Source: Candidatus Multivoradales bacterium
GTDB lineage: Bacteria > Acidobacteriota > Thermoanaerobaculia > Multivoradales > JAHEKO01
Length of the DNA stretch: 64,000 nucleotides
Assembly (NCBI GenBank): GCA_965223155.1
Contig: CBDCVR010000013.1
Location: 1,178,761 to 1,242,760 of the forward strand
Reading direction: 5' to 3'
The notes beneath the pieces were generated by a model. The model was not told the origin of the DNA. It saw only the letters and a program-made list of their open reading frames with translations, and made no database searches. Below are positions 9,217 to 18,949 of this stretch, piece after piece (positions within the stretch are counted from its first letter, which is position 1; every line of letters begins with the position of its first letter). The position numbers and the translations under genes were made by a program.

Positions 9217-10128
9217 CTACGGCAAACCGTGGCGCCGCCGCTTCTCCCACAGCGCCTTGCGGCTGATGCCCAGGATCGCGGCCGCGCGCCCCTGGTGCCC
9301 GCGCGTATACGCCAGCACCTTCAGGATCTGCTCGCGTTCGAGCTCGGCCAGGCTCACCGGCGGAGCCTGACTGGCGGGCGGCGCCGGATCCAGGACCGAA
9401 CCGTCCGCCAGAAGGCAGGCCCGCTCTAGCGCGTTACGCACCTCGCGCAGGTTCCCCGGCCAGGAATACGACCTCATCCAGTCCTGCGCGCGCGCTGCCA
9501 GCGTCAGACCCGGGCGGCCGAAGCGGGCTCCCAGGTCGGCCAGGAAGAACTCCAGCACGGAGTCGAGATCCGCCCGGTGCTCCCGTAGTGGCGGACACGC
9601 CAGGGTGAGAACCTCCAGGCGGTAGTAGAGGTCGGGCCGGAACGATCCGGAGCGTACGCGCTCGGCCAGCTCATGGCTGCCGATCGCCAGAAAGCGAACG
9701 TCGGCGGCCCGTTCGGTACCGCCGAGAGGAGCGTAGCGCCCCTCGCTCAACAGTCGCAGCAGCTTGGCCTGGGTGGTGCTCGGAATCTCCTCGACGTGGT
9801 CGAGCAGGAGACTGCCGCCGCCGGCCCGGCCCAGGCGGCCGGGACTCGCCGACTCGGCGCCGGTAAAGGCGCCGGATTCGTGCCCGAAGAGCTCGCTCTC
9901 GAACAGGCTGGCCGGGACCGCGGCAACGTCCACCTCCACCAGCGGGCCGGAGGCGCGCCCGCTCGCCTGGTGGAGTACGCGCGCCAGGGTCGATCGGCCA
10001 GTGCCGGGCTCACCCAGTATCAGGACCGTCGCTTCACTCCGCGCCGCCCGAAACGCCTGCCGGTAGAGCGGCTCGAGAGACGGAGAGGCCGCCGCCAGCA
10101 GCGCCAGGCCCGGTGGCAGTTCGGTCAC
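9217..10128 (-). CDS. Sigma54-interaction (bEBP) AAA+ domain plus Fis-HTH, no regulatory domain, degenerate Walker motifs
   Basis: ESELFGH..GAFTGA, FRPDLYYRL, WPGNLRE and HTH AAAILGISRKALWEK; Walker A is GEPGTGRS and Walker B is LLLDHVEE; GTG start overlaps the rsfS stop. Confidence 0.85.
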   Translation of the reverse strand: MTELPPGLALLAAASPSLEPLYRQAFRAARSEATVLILGEPGTGRSTLARVLHQASGRASGPLVEVDVAAVPASLFESELFGHESGAFTGAESASPGRLGRAGGGSLLLDHVEEIPSTTQAKLLRLLSEGRYAPLGGTERAADVRFLAIGSHELAERVRSGSFRPDLYYRLEVLTLACPPLREHRADLDSVLEFFLADLGARFGRPGLTLAARAQDWMRSYSWPGNLREVRNALERACLLADGSVLDPAPPASQAPPVSLAELEREQILKVLAYTRGHQGRAAAILGISRKALWEKRRRHGLP

Positions 10129-10508
10129 GCCGAGGCGGCGCCGGTGACGTCCACGGCATCCCCCCACAGCCGCTCGAGAGCGTAGTAGCCGCGCAGCTCC
10201 TGGTCGAAGACGTGAATCACGATGTCGCCGTAGTCCAGAAGAACCCAGCGGCCGTGTCCGTAGCCCTCGACTCCGAGCGGCCGGCGTCCTGCCGCCTTGG
10301 TCGCTTCGACAATGGCGTCGGCGATCGCCTGCACCTGCCGCTCGCTGGTGCCGCTGCAGATCAGGAAGAACTCTGTGAAGTCGCTCACCTCGGCAAGGTG
10401 CAGCACCTTGAGCTCTTCGCCCTTGCGGTCCTGAATGGCCTGGACCACCGTACGAAGCCGGTCCGGGATCTCGGGCGGGGCTTCGTGGGGCGCGGTTTCG
10501 GGACTCAT
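10125..10508 (-). CDS. rsfS: Ribosome silencing factor RsfS
   Basis: DRKGE, FLICSGTSERQVQAIAD, WVLLDYGDIVIHVF..R.YYALERLWGDA. Confidence 0.95.
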   Translation of the reverse strand: MSPETAPHEAPPEIPDRLRTVVQAIQDRKGEELKVLHLAEVSDFTEFFLICSGTSERQVQAIADAIVEATKAAGRRPLGVEGYGHGRWVLLDYGDIVIHVFDQELRGYYALERLWGDAVDVTGAASA

Positions 10509-11113
10509 GTATAGAGAGCGTACTTCCGGATGTAGTCTACCACCAGCTTGGGAGCGGCACCCGGGGGAATGTCGCCGCCGGTGCGGAAGAGATGGCGCAG
10601 CTCAGTGGAGGAGATCTCGACCGGCGGGTTCCGTACGAAGTGCACGCGCCCGGAGTCCACGAGCTCGCGCAATTCCCCGGGCACTCCCTGCTCCACCGAG
10701 CGATAGTCCCATCCGGGCCGCGTCAAAACGGCCAACGAGGCCAGCCGCCCGATGTCCTGCCAGCGTTTCCAGGTCGGCAACTGCTTGAAGGAGTCCGCGC
10801 CGAGCAAGAGACACAACTCGGCGTCCGGATGCCGGTGCTGGAAGCGCTCCAACGTCTCCACCGTGTAGGCCGGCCGGCCCGGAGTCAGCTCCCAGGCCGA
10901 CACCAGGAAATCGGGCTCGTCCAGCAGCGCCAGCTCGACCATGGCAAAGCGGCGCTGCGAACGGGCGAACTGGCGGCCGGGCTTGTGTGGCGGGCGCGCG
11001 GTGGGCAGGTACACGACGCGATCCAGGCCCAGCACCTCGCGCGCTCTCCGCGCCGGCTCGATGTGTCCGTTGTGGATCGGGTCGAAGGATCCGCCAAAGA
11101 TGCCCAGCTTCAT
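10505..11113 (-). CDS. nadD: Nicotinate-nucleotide adenylyltransferase
   Basis: GIFGGSFDPIHNGH, PPHK, YTVETL, ISSTELR. Confidence 0.95.
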   Translation of the reverse strand: MKLGIFGGSFDPIHNGHIEPARRAREVLGLDRVVYLPTARPPHKPGRQFARSQRRFAMVELALLDEPDFLVSAWELTPGRPAYTVETLERFQHRHPDAELCLLLGADSFKQLPTWKRWQDIGRLASLAVLTRPGWDYRSVEQGVPGELRELVDSGRVHFVRNPPVEISSTELRHLFRTGGDIPPGAAPKLVVDYIRKYALYT

Positions 11114-12108
11114 GATGGCTCCGTCAGCAAGCGCTCGAGGTCGGCCAGGAGTCGGTCGAGTCCCGCGCGCGTCGCCGAGCTGATCTCATAGTACGGCATC
11201 GAGCGCCGGTCGGCGGCCGCCTCCAAGTCGCGCCGGCGTTCCTCGTCCGCGGCGTCCAGCTTGGTGCCCACGATCCATCGGGGCCGCTCCAGCAGATCGT
11301 TCGTGTGGCGCCCCAGCTCCTTTTCGATTGCCGCAAGCTGATGGTGCGCGGGCTCCGGCCCGGAGGCCAGATCCACAAAGTGCAGGAGCGCCCGGCAGCG
11401 CTCGGCGTGGCGCAGGAAGCGCGCGCCCAATCCCGCTCCCTCCGCGGCACCCTCGATCAAGCCCGGCAGATCCGCCAAGACGATCGTGCGCCGCTCGAAG
11501 CCCCGGTCGACGACGCCGAGGTTGGGCACCAGGGTCGTGAACGGGTAGTCCGCGACCTTCGGGCGAGCCCCCGAGACGGCGGCGATGAACGTGGATTTCC
11601 CGGCGTTGGGCAGGCCCACGATACCGACGTCGGCAAGCAGCTTGAGCTCGAGCTTCAGGCGCCGCTCCTCGCCGTCGCCACCGGGTTCGGAGCGGCGCGG
11701 CGCCCTGTTTCTCGAGCTCGCGAACCGGGCGTTGCCGCGGCCCCCCCGGCCGCCCTGGGCGACGCACAGGCGCTCTCCATCCCGGGTCACCTCCCCGACC
11801 CAAACGCCGTCGGCATCCCGTACCTCGGTGCCCAGCGGCACCGGCACCAGCAGATCCTCTCCGGACCGGCCGGTCTTGTTCGAGCCTTCGCCGTGCCGTC
11901 CGCGATCCGCGGCGTAGAGCCACTGGTGGCGCAATCCGTAGAGCGTGTTGAGCCCGGGGTCTCCGACGAGGTACACGGAGCCACCCTCGCCGCCGTCACC
12001 GCCCGACGGTCCCCCTTTGGGCACGAACTTCTCGCGCCGAAAGGCGGTGCAGCCGTTGCCACCGCGGCCGCCGCGGACCTCCAGCTCAGCTTCGTCGATG
12101 AAATTCAC
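11110..12108 (-). CDS. obgE: GTPase ObgE/CgtA
   Basis: FIDEA..GGNG..FRREKFVPKGGPSGGDGG, GLPNAGKST, YPFTTL, DLPGLIEGA. Confidence 0.97.
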   Translation of the reverse strand: MNFIDEAELEVRGGRGGNGCTAFRREKFVPKGGPSGGDGGEGGSVYLVGDPGLNTLYGLRHQWLYAADRGRHGEGSNKTGRSGEDLLVPVPLGTEVRDADGVWVGEVTRDGERLCVAQGGRGGRGNARFASSRNRAPRRSEPGGDGEERRLKLELKLLADVGIVGLPNAGKSTFIAAVSGARPKVADYPFTTLVPNLGVVDRGFERRTIVLADLPGLIEGAAEGAGLGARFLRHAERCRALLHFVDLASGPEPAHHQLAAIEKELGRHTNDLLERPRWIVGTKLDAADEERRRDLEAAADRRSMPYYEISSATRAGLDRLLADLERLLTEPS

Positions 12109-12165
12109 GGCAACACCCGGGCGCCGGCCCGGCAAGCTGGAGCAGACGGCCGGAACTCGGAGCCG

Positions 12166-12423
12166 CTACTCGGCGGGCAGCACGTGGACGATCTTGCGCG
12201 ACCGGCCCTTGCGCCGAAACTGGACGACGCCGTCGGCCTTGGCGAACAGCGTGTCGTCGCCACCGCGGCCCACGTTGGTACCCGGAAAGATCTTGGTGCC
12301 CCGCTGGCGCACCAGAATCGTGCCGCCGGAAACCGTCTGTCCGCTGAAGCGCTTGACTCCCAGATTCTTGGGATTCGAATCGCGGCCGTTGCGGCTGGAA
12401 CCCTGTCCCTTCTTATGTGCCAT
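12166..12423 (-). CDS. rpmA: 50S ribosomal protein L27
   Basis: [24 protein letters not shown]. Confidence 0.98.
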   Translation of the reverse strand: MAHKKGQGSSRNGRDSNPKNLGVKRFSGQTVSGGTILVRQRGTKIFPGTNVGRGGDDTLFAKADGVVQFRRKGRSRKIVHVLPAE

Positions 12424-12444
12424 TGCGCAGTCTCCGTCGGCTTC

Positions 12445-12753
12445 TTAGGTGTTGATGCTGTCGATACGGACCCGGAGCTGGCTCTGGCGGTGGCCACGCA
12501 GCCTCCGGTAGCCCTTGCGCCGCTTCATCTTGAAAACCAGGATCTTGGGTGCTCGGACCTCGTCCACGAGCGTTGCGGAAACGGAGGCGCCATCGACCAG
12601 CGGCTGGCCGACCTGCACGGCATCGCCGTCCTTGACCATGAGCACCCGGTCAAAGGTCACCTTGCCATCGTCCACGTCCCGCGTCTCGATGTCGATCGTG
12701 TCCCCGGGATTGACTCGGTACTGTTTTCCGCCTGTTTCGATAACCGCGTACAT
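12445..12753 (-). CDS. rplU: 50S ribosomal protein L21
   Basis: MYAVIETGGKQYRV...GHRQ; RBS AAGGAG. Confidence 0.98.
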   Translation of the reverse strand: MYAVIETGGKQYRVNPGDTIDIETRDVDDGKVTFDRVLMVKDGDAVQVGQPLVDGASVSATLVDEVRAPKILVFKMKRRKGYRRLRGHRQSQLRVRIDSINT

Positions 12754-12792
12754 GACGCACTCCTTCGGTCGCGCCGCAGCGCAAGAGCCGGA

Positions 12793-12822
12793 AAACTAGC
12801 ACAAGAAAAGGCCGCCGGTCAA
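12793..12822 (-). promoter_or_regulatory. Putative sigma70 promoter of the rplU-rpmA-obgE operon
   Basis: Minus strand TTGACC-N18-TAGTTT with extended -10 TG. Confidence 0.5.
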
Positions 12823-12858
12823 CGCCGGCGGACCGGCGGTAGTGGGGTCAGTTTGAAG

Positions 12859-13071
12859 CTACAGCAGCCCGATCAGATCCTCGGCGGTCATTGGGCGATC
12901 GGAAACTCCCGCCGCCATCGCCGGTGTGACTCGGTTGTCTTTCTTCGCCCGCACCGACCGATGCGGGCGACAGAGATCGTACCAGGCGAAGTGCAGCGAG
13001 ACAGCGGCCACTTGATTTTCGAACTTCTTCGAGAAAGCGTTCGTGAGTCGCGTGAAGCGGCGCATGGACAT
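12859..13071 (-). mobile_element. IS1-family-like transposase C-terminal remnant
   Basis: MRRFTRLTNAFSKKFEN..A.SLHFAWY..CRPH...TPAMAAGV matches the C-terminus of these transposases; N-terminal part absent. Confidence 0.75.
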
Positions 13072-13375
13072 CCCCCATCGTTAGCTTCTGCCGCTCAACG
13101 TAGCGATGAGCGTGCGATCGCGGTGAGCTGCAGCTATTCGTTTCGCGCTTTGTCCGGGGAAGACGAAGCGGCTAAGGCGCGAGTCGATGGTGGCGTTCTT
13201 GCTTTGGGCTCTTGGAGCCCGGGCTCGGAGGCGTGACCATTACCAGCCGGCGCTCCTCTCGCGTCGGGCCGTACCAGGGTCGAGGCACTGGGGCAGAGCG
13301 GGCGCTTCGTGCCCTCGTAAACGATCGCCGCCAGGGTCGGGGCTTCACTGCCGGCGCAGGGATGGACCGGATCGG

Positions 13376-13954
13376 CTACGACGCCGCCCCCCAAAAGAGA
13401 TCAGGAAAGAAAATCGATAGCGCCAGTATGGTCAAGAAGGTCGCCAGGGGAACCGGAATTCCGTTGACGAGGATGTAGAAAAGCTCCGCCTCGGGGAATC
13501 CCCAGTTGTTGTCCTCAACAAGCCTCTTCGCAGGAATCCGCCTTCTCGCCGAGATCGCCAACAAAGCAAGCAGCAAGAAGGCCAGGGCAAGCCATCCGTT
13601 CTGTTCGTTTGGCCAGTTGGGGTGCTCCGTCCTGTAGTGAAACAACGCGACCAGAGCACCCACGAAACCGAGCGGCATCGAAAAGCAGCCCACGCACCAG
13701 CCCCACAGCGCCTTGACGGGCTCGACACACCTGTCGTTGAGAATCGGCAGGACAGCCAAGAGAAGCACTGCGCCGAGTCCGGCAAAAACCGGCCGTGTCG
13801 AGTCCGCAACGAATTTCGCGTTCGCTGACATCTGGATGAACCCGATACCGGCCGCGCCGCTGACAGTCGCCAGAGCCGCCCTCCCGGTCTCGCCAATGTC
13901 CTCCAACCACTGCTTAATCCCATTCCACATCGACAAAGGCCCACCCTCCTTCAT
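13376..13954 (-). CDS. Hypothetical multi-pass membrane protein (islet)
   Basis: 192 aa with about five hydrophobic segments; atypical codon usage. Confidence 0.6.
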   Translation of the reverse strand: MKEGGPLSMWNGIKQWLEDIGETGRAALATVSGAAGIGFIQMSANAKFVADSTRPVFAGLGAVLLLAVLPILNDRCVEPVKALWGWCVGCFSMPLGFVGALVALFHYRTEHPNWPNEQNGWLALAFLLLALLAISARRRIPAKRLVEDNNWGFPEAELFYILVNGIPVPLATFLTILALSIFFPDLFWGAAS

Positions 13955-13994
13955 GCCCCTCGGGGCGTCGATTCAGTGAAGCGATGAAGCGAGA

Positions 13995-14162
13995 CTAGCT
14001 ATCTGAGCACACGCAGGCTGTATGCGAAAGTTGTGCAGGAATGACAGCCAAGAAGGCCCACTGCCAGCCGACAGCCAAGGCTAGGCCCGCCACAATGACG
14101 GCGGCACCCCACGCAAGATAGAAATACGTGGATGATTTCAGTCGCTTTTTCTGAGTTGCCAT
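13995..14162 (-). CDS. Small hypothetical membrane protein (islet)
   Basis: RBS GGAAGGA, then MATQKKRLKSSTYFYLAWGAAVIVAGLALAVGWQWAFLAV...CVCSDS (55 aa). Confidence 0.5.
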   Translation of the reverse strand: MATQKKRLKSSTYFYLAWGAAVIVAGLALAVGWQWAFLAVIPAQLSHTACVCSDS

Positions 14163-14597
14163 TGCCAATCCTTCCTTTCCGTCCCGCCAGGGTCGCGTGA
14201 CGCCTAGATGCCCAACCACAATTCTCCCAATCTGGACGCCCATCCCAGGGCTCCAAAAGAATACGTCAATTTACAGCTCTCGGTTGCGGAATCTGCCACA
14301 ACGGCGAGCCTCGCCCCTCCCAAGAAAAACCACCGCGGCTCCCTCCTTCCACCGACGGTACACCAAAACGTCCTGATTTCTCGATAAATTTCAGAAAATC
14401 CTTCAGTTGCCCTTGACCCCCATCCGCTCCCCCGCGTCGATCGGATTGAACTCCTGGGTGCCCGTCCGCCAACGGCTGAACGTCTGGCGGCGGATCCCCG
14501 CGTAGTCGGCCCGCCGGCCCTCCGGAATCGCTCGCAAGCGCTCCGAGAGCGCGCCGCGGCGCCATCCCGGCAAGCCGAAGATGCTAGGCTCTGCGCG

Positions 14598-15473
14598 ATG
14601 CTGTTGCGCCTGTTTCCGCTCTGGACGTCCAGCGTCTTGGCCACCCTGGGCGCGAGGCGCCGGGAGCTCGAGATCGACGGCGGACGGCTCGTCTACTACG
14701 AGGCCGGTCCCGCCGACGGCGAGCCCTGGATCCTGCTCCACGGCCTGGCCTCTACGACCTTTTGCTGGCAACGAGTAGTGCGGGCGATGCGGCGGGACAC
14801 CCGTTTGATCCTGCCCGAGCTTTCGAGCCTGGGCGGCACGCTGGTGCCGGGCAGCGCGCTCAACGTTCCCGAGGGTGCCCGCGCGCTCGAGGCTCTGGTC
14901 GAGGACCGGGCGCCGGACCGTACGGTCACCCTGGCCGGAATCAGCCTGGGCGGCTGGATGGCCGTGCGCTTCGCTCTCGAGCGGCCGGATCTCGTCGGCC
15001 GGATGGTCTTGGTGGATGCCGCCGGCTACGAGCACCAGGATTGGGACCGGATCCAGAGTCTGGTCGAAGTGGACAGCCTGGAAGACGTGGACCGACTCTA
15101 CGGAGCGCTGTTTCACCGCACGCCGCTGCTGCTGTCCCTGGTGCGCCGGGGCTTCTATCGCGCCTACACCTCGCCCGCGGTGCGCCGGATCCTGGCGAGC
15201 ACCGAGGAAGCTCACGCCTACGGACCGACGGAGCTGGCCGCGATTCAGGCGCCCACGCTCCTGGTCTGGGGAGCCAGTGACGGCCTCTTCCTGCCCGAGG
15301 TCGGCCACGCGATGCAGGCCCATCTGCCCGAATCCGAGCTTCTGGTCCTGGACCGCGTCGGTCACGCGATTCACTGGGAGACGCCAGCGCGCATGACCGA
15401 GGCCCTACAACGATTCCAGCGCGCCGGTCTGGACGCCTTCCGCGGTGGCGCGCTCGCCCACCATGCGGCGTGA
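14598..15473 (+). CDS. Alpha/beta fold hydrolase
   Basis: LLHGL, nucleophile elbow GISLGG, WGASD, GHAIHWE. Confidence 0.9.
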   Translation: MLLRLFPLWTSSVLATLGARRRELEIDGGRLVYYEAGPADGEPWILLHGLASTTFCWQRVVRAMRRDTRLILPELSSLGGTLVPGSALNVPEGARALEALVEDRAPDRTVTLAGISLGGWMAVRFALERPDLVGRMVLVDAAGYEHQDWDRIQSLVEVDSLEDVDRLYGALFHRTPLLLSLVRRGFYRAYTSPAVRRILASTEEAHAYGPTELAAIQAPTLLVWGASDGLFLPEVGHAMQAHLPESELLVLDRVGHAIHWETPARMTEALQRFQRAGLDAFRGGALAHHAA

Positions 15474-15530
15474 CCGCGGAGACGGCATCGCCCGGGTGAC
15501 TCCGACCTGCCGCCAGATGGAGACCTAGCC

Positions 15531-15692
15531 ATGGCCGAGCCCGACTTTCTGGTCTGTCTCAACTGCGAGAATCCCTGCTACACGTTCGAGTGGAAGGAAG
15601 GGAAACTGGCCGAGATCCTCTGTCCGGTCTGCGGTAACGACGACGTCGACGAGTTCTTGTCTCAGGACGATCTCGACGCCCTGGCCGGTTGA
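15531..15692 (+). CDS. Small acidic zinc-ribbon-like protein (53 aa, not in the ORF track)
   Basis: RBS GGAG; MAEPDFLVCLNCENPCYTFEWKEGKLAEILCPVCGNDDVDEFLSQDDLDALAG with two CxxC pairs. Confidence 0.75.
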   Translation: MAEPDFLVCLNCENPCYTFEWKEGKLAEILCPVCGNDDVDEFLSQDDLDALAG

Positions 15693-15707
15693 CGTCCCGC
15701 CGCGCCG

Positions 15708-17126
15708 CTAGGCTCGCGCCGGCCGTTCGACCGTCCGCTGCAGGCGCGCCTGCGACTCCCCGCCCTCGTGTGCCGGAAACCCGATCTGGAAGCGGGTCCC
15801 CACGCCCGGCGTGCTGTCCACCTGGACGGTGGCGGCATGAGCGTCGGCGATGCGCTTGACCACGGCGAGCCCCAGGCCGGTGCCGCCGCGCTTGGTCGAA
15901 TAGAAGAGATCGAAGACCCGATCCCGATCCTCGGGCTCGATACCGACGCCGTTGTCCAGCACCTCCAGCAGGACCCGGCCACCCTCGGTGCGCGCGATGA
16001 GCCGCACTTCCGGCCGGAAGTCGCCGGGCCTGCCTCCGGCGCCGTCGAGCGCCGTAGCCGCCAAAGCGTTGCGCGCCAGATTCAGGAGAAGCTGCGAGAT
16101 CTGCTCGGGGTCCACCCGTACCCGGGCCCCGGCGGACCGGTCTTCCACCAGCAGCGAGGTGCCCTCGGCGGCGGCCTCGGGCTCCAGCACGTCGCGGCAG
16201 TTCTGGAGCAACTGGCCCGCCGGGATCTCGGCGGGCTCGACCGGCCGGGGCTTCGCGTACTGCAGAAAGTCGGTTACCAGGCGCTCGAGACGGCCGATCT
16301 CGGAGCGGGTAATCGACAGCAGCCGCCGGGTCGAATCCCGGCCGCCGGAGCTCCGGCCCGCGGTTTCCTCCTCAAGCATCTGCATGTTCAGGTTGAGCGA
16401 GTTCAAGGGATTGCGGATCTCGTGAGCGAGGCCGGATGCCAGGGTGCCGATGTAGGCCAGGCGCTCGGACTCGACGGCCTTGGCCTCGAGGCTGCGGCTC
16501 CGGTGCCAGAGCCGCCAGATGATGAAGTACGCCAAGGCCAGGATCGCCAGCGTCACCGCGCCGATTCCCACGGTCTGGCGCAGCAGCTCCTGCCGCAGCG
16601 TCCCGATCCGCTTGCCGAGCTCGCTGTCGCTGATGCCGATGTGCACGAACCCTACGTCGGCGATGGGCACGTCCAGATCGTAGGTCTGCTCGCGGGTGAC
16701 AGTCTTTTTCTCGACATTCGGAGGGATCTCGCGGTTCTCGAGCCGTACCGGGGCCGCGTCCTCGACCGCGATCTCGGCCTCGGAGTACCCTCGAAAGACC
16801 AGCTTGCCTTCCACGTCCCGAATCTCCACCGTCTGAACGATGTCCCGCTTGTTCAAGATCGAGTCGATGTAGGTCTGGAGCTCGCGCTCGACGGCGACGA
16901 CCGTATAGAGATCCTCACCGCCACCGTCCTCGACCCTGCGCGTCAGCCGCTCCGCCAAACCCTCGGCCTCGGTGCGAGTCTCGACCAGCACGCGCTCGAT
17001 CTCGCGCTGCGACAGGGAGCGGAAGCTGAACCAGGCCAGGAGAGCCAGATCGAAGAGCACGAACAGTCCGAGGACCGCCAAACCCAGAACCAGCTTGCTC
17101 GATCCGAACCCGCGAGCGCTCGCCAT
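15708..17126 (-). CDS. Membrane sensor histidine kinase
   Basis: Two TM segments; H-box [10 protein letters not shown]-box NLARNA, DNGVGI, GTGLGL. Confidence 0.92.
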   Translation of the reverse strand: MASARGFGSSKLVLGLAVLGLFVLFDLALLAWFSFRSLSQREIERVLVETRTEAEGLAERLTRRVEDGGGEDLYTVVAVERELQTYIDSILNKRDIVQTVEIRDVEGKLVFRGYSEAEIAVEDAAPVRLENREIPPNVEKKTVTREQTYDLDVPIADVGFVHIGISDSELGKRIGTLRQELLRQTVGIGAVTLAILALAYFIIWRLWHRSRSLEAKAVESERLAYIGTLASGLAHEIRNPLNSLNLNMQMLEEETAGRSSGGRDSTRRLLSITRSEIGRLERLVTDFLQYAKPRPVEPAEIPAGQLLQNCRDVLEPEAAAEGTSLLVEDRSAGARVRVDPEQISQLLLNLARNALAATALDGAGGRPGDFRPEVRLIARTEGGRVLLEVLDNGVGIEPEDRDRVFDLFYSTKRGGTGLGLAVVKRIADAHAATVQVDSTPGVGTRFQIGFPAHEGGESQARLQRTVERPARA

Positions 17127-17161
17127 GGCCGCAGCAGAATAGCACCCGCGAGAACCCGAAA

Positions 17162-17190
17162 TTGACCGAGTCTTACGGCTTCGGTACGAT
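17162..17190 (+). promoter_or_regulatory. Putative sigma70 promoter of the ABC substrate-binding gene
   Basis: TTGACC-N17-TACGAT about 25 nt upstream of the start. Confidence 0.55.
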
Positions 17191-17214
17191 CCTCGGCGTC
17201 AACCCCCAACCTCG

Positions 17215-18888
17215 ATGATGCTACGCCGTCGCCAGACCACCATGGCGGTCCTTGCCGTGAGCGCACTCGCGCTCCTGTCCTGCGGCCGGACCGAAGTCCC
17301 CGATCGGAGCGATCGGGCCGATCAGAACGATTCGGCACCGGGCGCGCATCCCGAAGAACCGCGCCGGGGAGGCACGGTGGTTCTGGCCGCCGGCACCGAC
17401 ATCGCCGGCATCAATCAACTCACCGGCACCGGCACCCGCTTCAACCAGGACGTGCTCGACATGCTCTTCTTGCGGCTCTTCGACGAACAGCCCGACTACC
17501 AGGAGCATCCGCCGACCTTCGCCCCCGAGCTGGCGGCGAGCCACCGGTTCTCGGACGACCGGACGGTGCTGACCGTCGAGCTGACCCGCGGCGTCACGTG
17601 GAGCGACGGCGTCGAGATCACCTCGGCCGACGTGGTCTGGACTCACGAGGCCCAGATCAGTCCCGAGATCGCCTGGAGCTATGCCGACATCAAAGAGCGA
17701 ATCGCCTCGGTGACCGCGCTCGACGCACACACCATCCAGTACCGGTTTCACGAGGCCTACGCCTCGGCCCTCGCCGACGTCAACGAGGGAGTGATCCTGC
17801 CCCGGCATCGCTGGGCGGAGCTGCCGTTCTCCGAATGGCGGGGCAACGAGAGTTGGTTTGTGGACAACGCAGCGTACAGCGGCCCGTTCGTGCTCGCCGC
17901 GCGCCGGCCCCAGGAAGAAATCGTGCTCGAGCGCAATCCTCGCTACTTCCGGGACGGCCGCCCTCTGCTGGATCGAGTGGTCTTCCGAGTCATCCCCAAC
18001 CGAGCCAACCAGATCGAGCACCTGCTGTCCGGGCAGGTCGATTTCGTCGAGCACGTCGCGCCCAGCCGCGCCGCCGACGTGGAACGCTCGGAGCGGGCCA
18101 GAATCGACGCCTATCTGCACCGTCAGTACAACTACATCGTCTGGAATGGCTGCCGGGAGCCGTTCCGGGACGCCCGCGTCCGGCGCGCCCTGACCCTCGC
18201 CATCGATCGCCATTCCATGGTCGAGGCGCTCTGGGGAGATCGGGCCCGCCTGGCGTTTTCGCCGATTCTGTCCTCGTTGTGGGCGGTCCATCCGCAGCTC
18301 GAGCCCTGGCCTTACGATCCCGAGACCGCGGCTGAGCTGCTGACCGAGGCGGGCTGGGCGGACAGCGACGGGGACGGCATTCTGGACCGCAAAGGCCGGG
18401 ACCTACGCTTCGAGCTGTCCACCAACAGCGGCAATCAAGTACGCGCGGACGCCGCGGTCATGATCAAGACCGATCTCGCCCGCATCGGCGTCGACGTGCG
18501 CTTGCGCCAGCTCGAGTTCAACACGCTGATCCAGAGCAATGAGGCCCACGATTTCGACGCCACCATCGGCGCCTGGAGCATCGACACCTCGCTCGACCTC
18601 AAGTACGCCTTCCACTCCGATTCGATTGAGAACGGCCATAACTACGGTTGCTACGTCAATGCCGAGCTGGATGAGCTGATCGACGACGCCAAGACCCAGG
18701 TCGACATCGTCGATGCCGTGCCCTTGCTCCATCGCGCGCAGGAGATCCTGCACCAGGAGCAGCCCTATACGTTTCTGTGGGAGCCGACCCGGTTGAACGG
18801 AGTCAGCCGATCCCTGCGCGGCGCCCAGCCCAATCCGTTGAGCGCCTACTTCCGCATCGAGGATTGGTGGCTGGCCGATCCCTCCTAG
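17215..18888 (+). CDS. Peptide/nickel ABC transporter substrate-binding lipoprotein (family 5)
   Basis: Lipobox LLSC; PELA, WSDG..ITSADV, SGPF, D.RVRRAL..AIDR. Confidence 0.92.
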   Translation: MMLRRRQTTMAVLAVSALALLSCGRTEVPDRSDRADQNDSAPGAHPEEPRRGGTVVLAAGTDIAGINQLTGTGTRFNQDVLDMLFLRLFDEQPDYQEHPPTFAPELAASHRFSDDRTVLTVELTRGVTWSDGVEITSADVVWTHEAQISPEIAWSYADIKERIASVTALDAHTIQYRFHEAYASALADVNEGVILPRHRWAELPFSEWRGNESWFVDNAAYSGPFVLAARRPQEEIVLERNPRYFRDGRPLLDRVVFRVIPNRANQIEHLLSGQVDFVEHVAPSRAADVERSERARIDAYLHRQYNYIVWNGCREPFRDARVRRALTLAIDRHSMVEALWGDRARLAFSPILSSLWAVHPQLEPWPYDPETAAELLTEAGWADSDGDGILDRKGRDLRFELSTNSGNQVRADAAVMIKTDLARIGVDVRLRQLEFNTLIQSNEAHDFDATIGAWSIDTSLDLKYAFHSDSIENGHNYGCYVNAELDELIDDAKTQVDIVDAVPLLHRAQEILHQEQPYTFLWEPTRLNGVSRSLRGAQPNPLSAYFRIEDWWLADPS

Positions 18889-18949
18889 GGGCCGGTGCGG
18901 CGAAGACCCCAGCGCCCGGCTCACGAGCTTCGTCCCGCATAATGACGCC

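Noticed and set aside
11305-13236. Long antisense or alternate-frame ORFs (e.g. 11305-13236, 46706-48853, 54146-55681, 15768-17165)
   Set aside because: Shadow ORFs opposite well-supported genes; expected in high-GC DNA with few stop codons.
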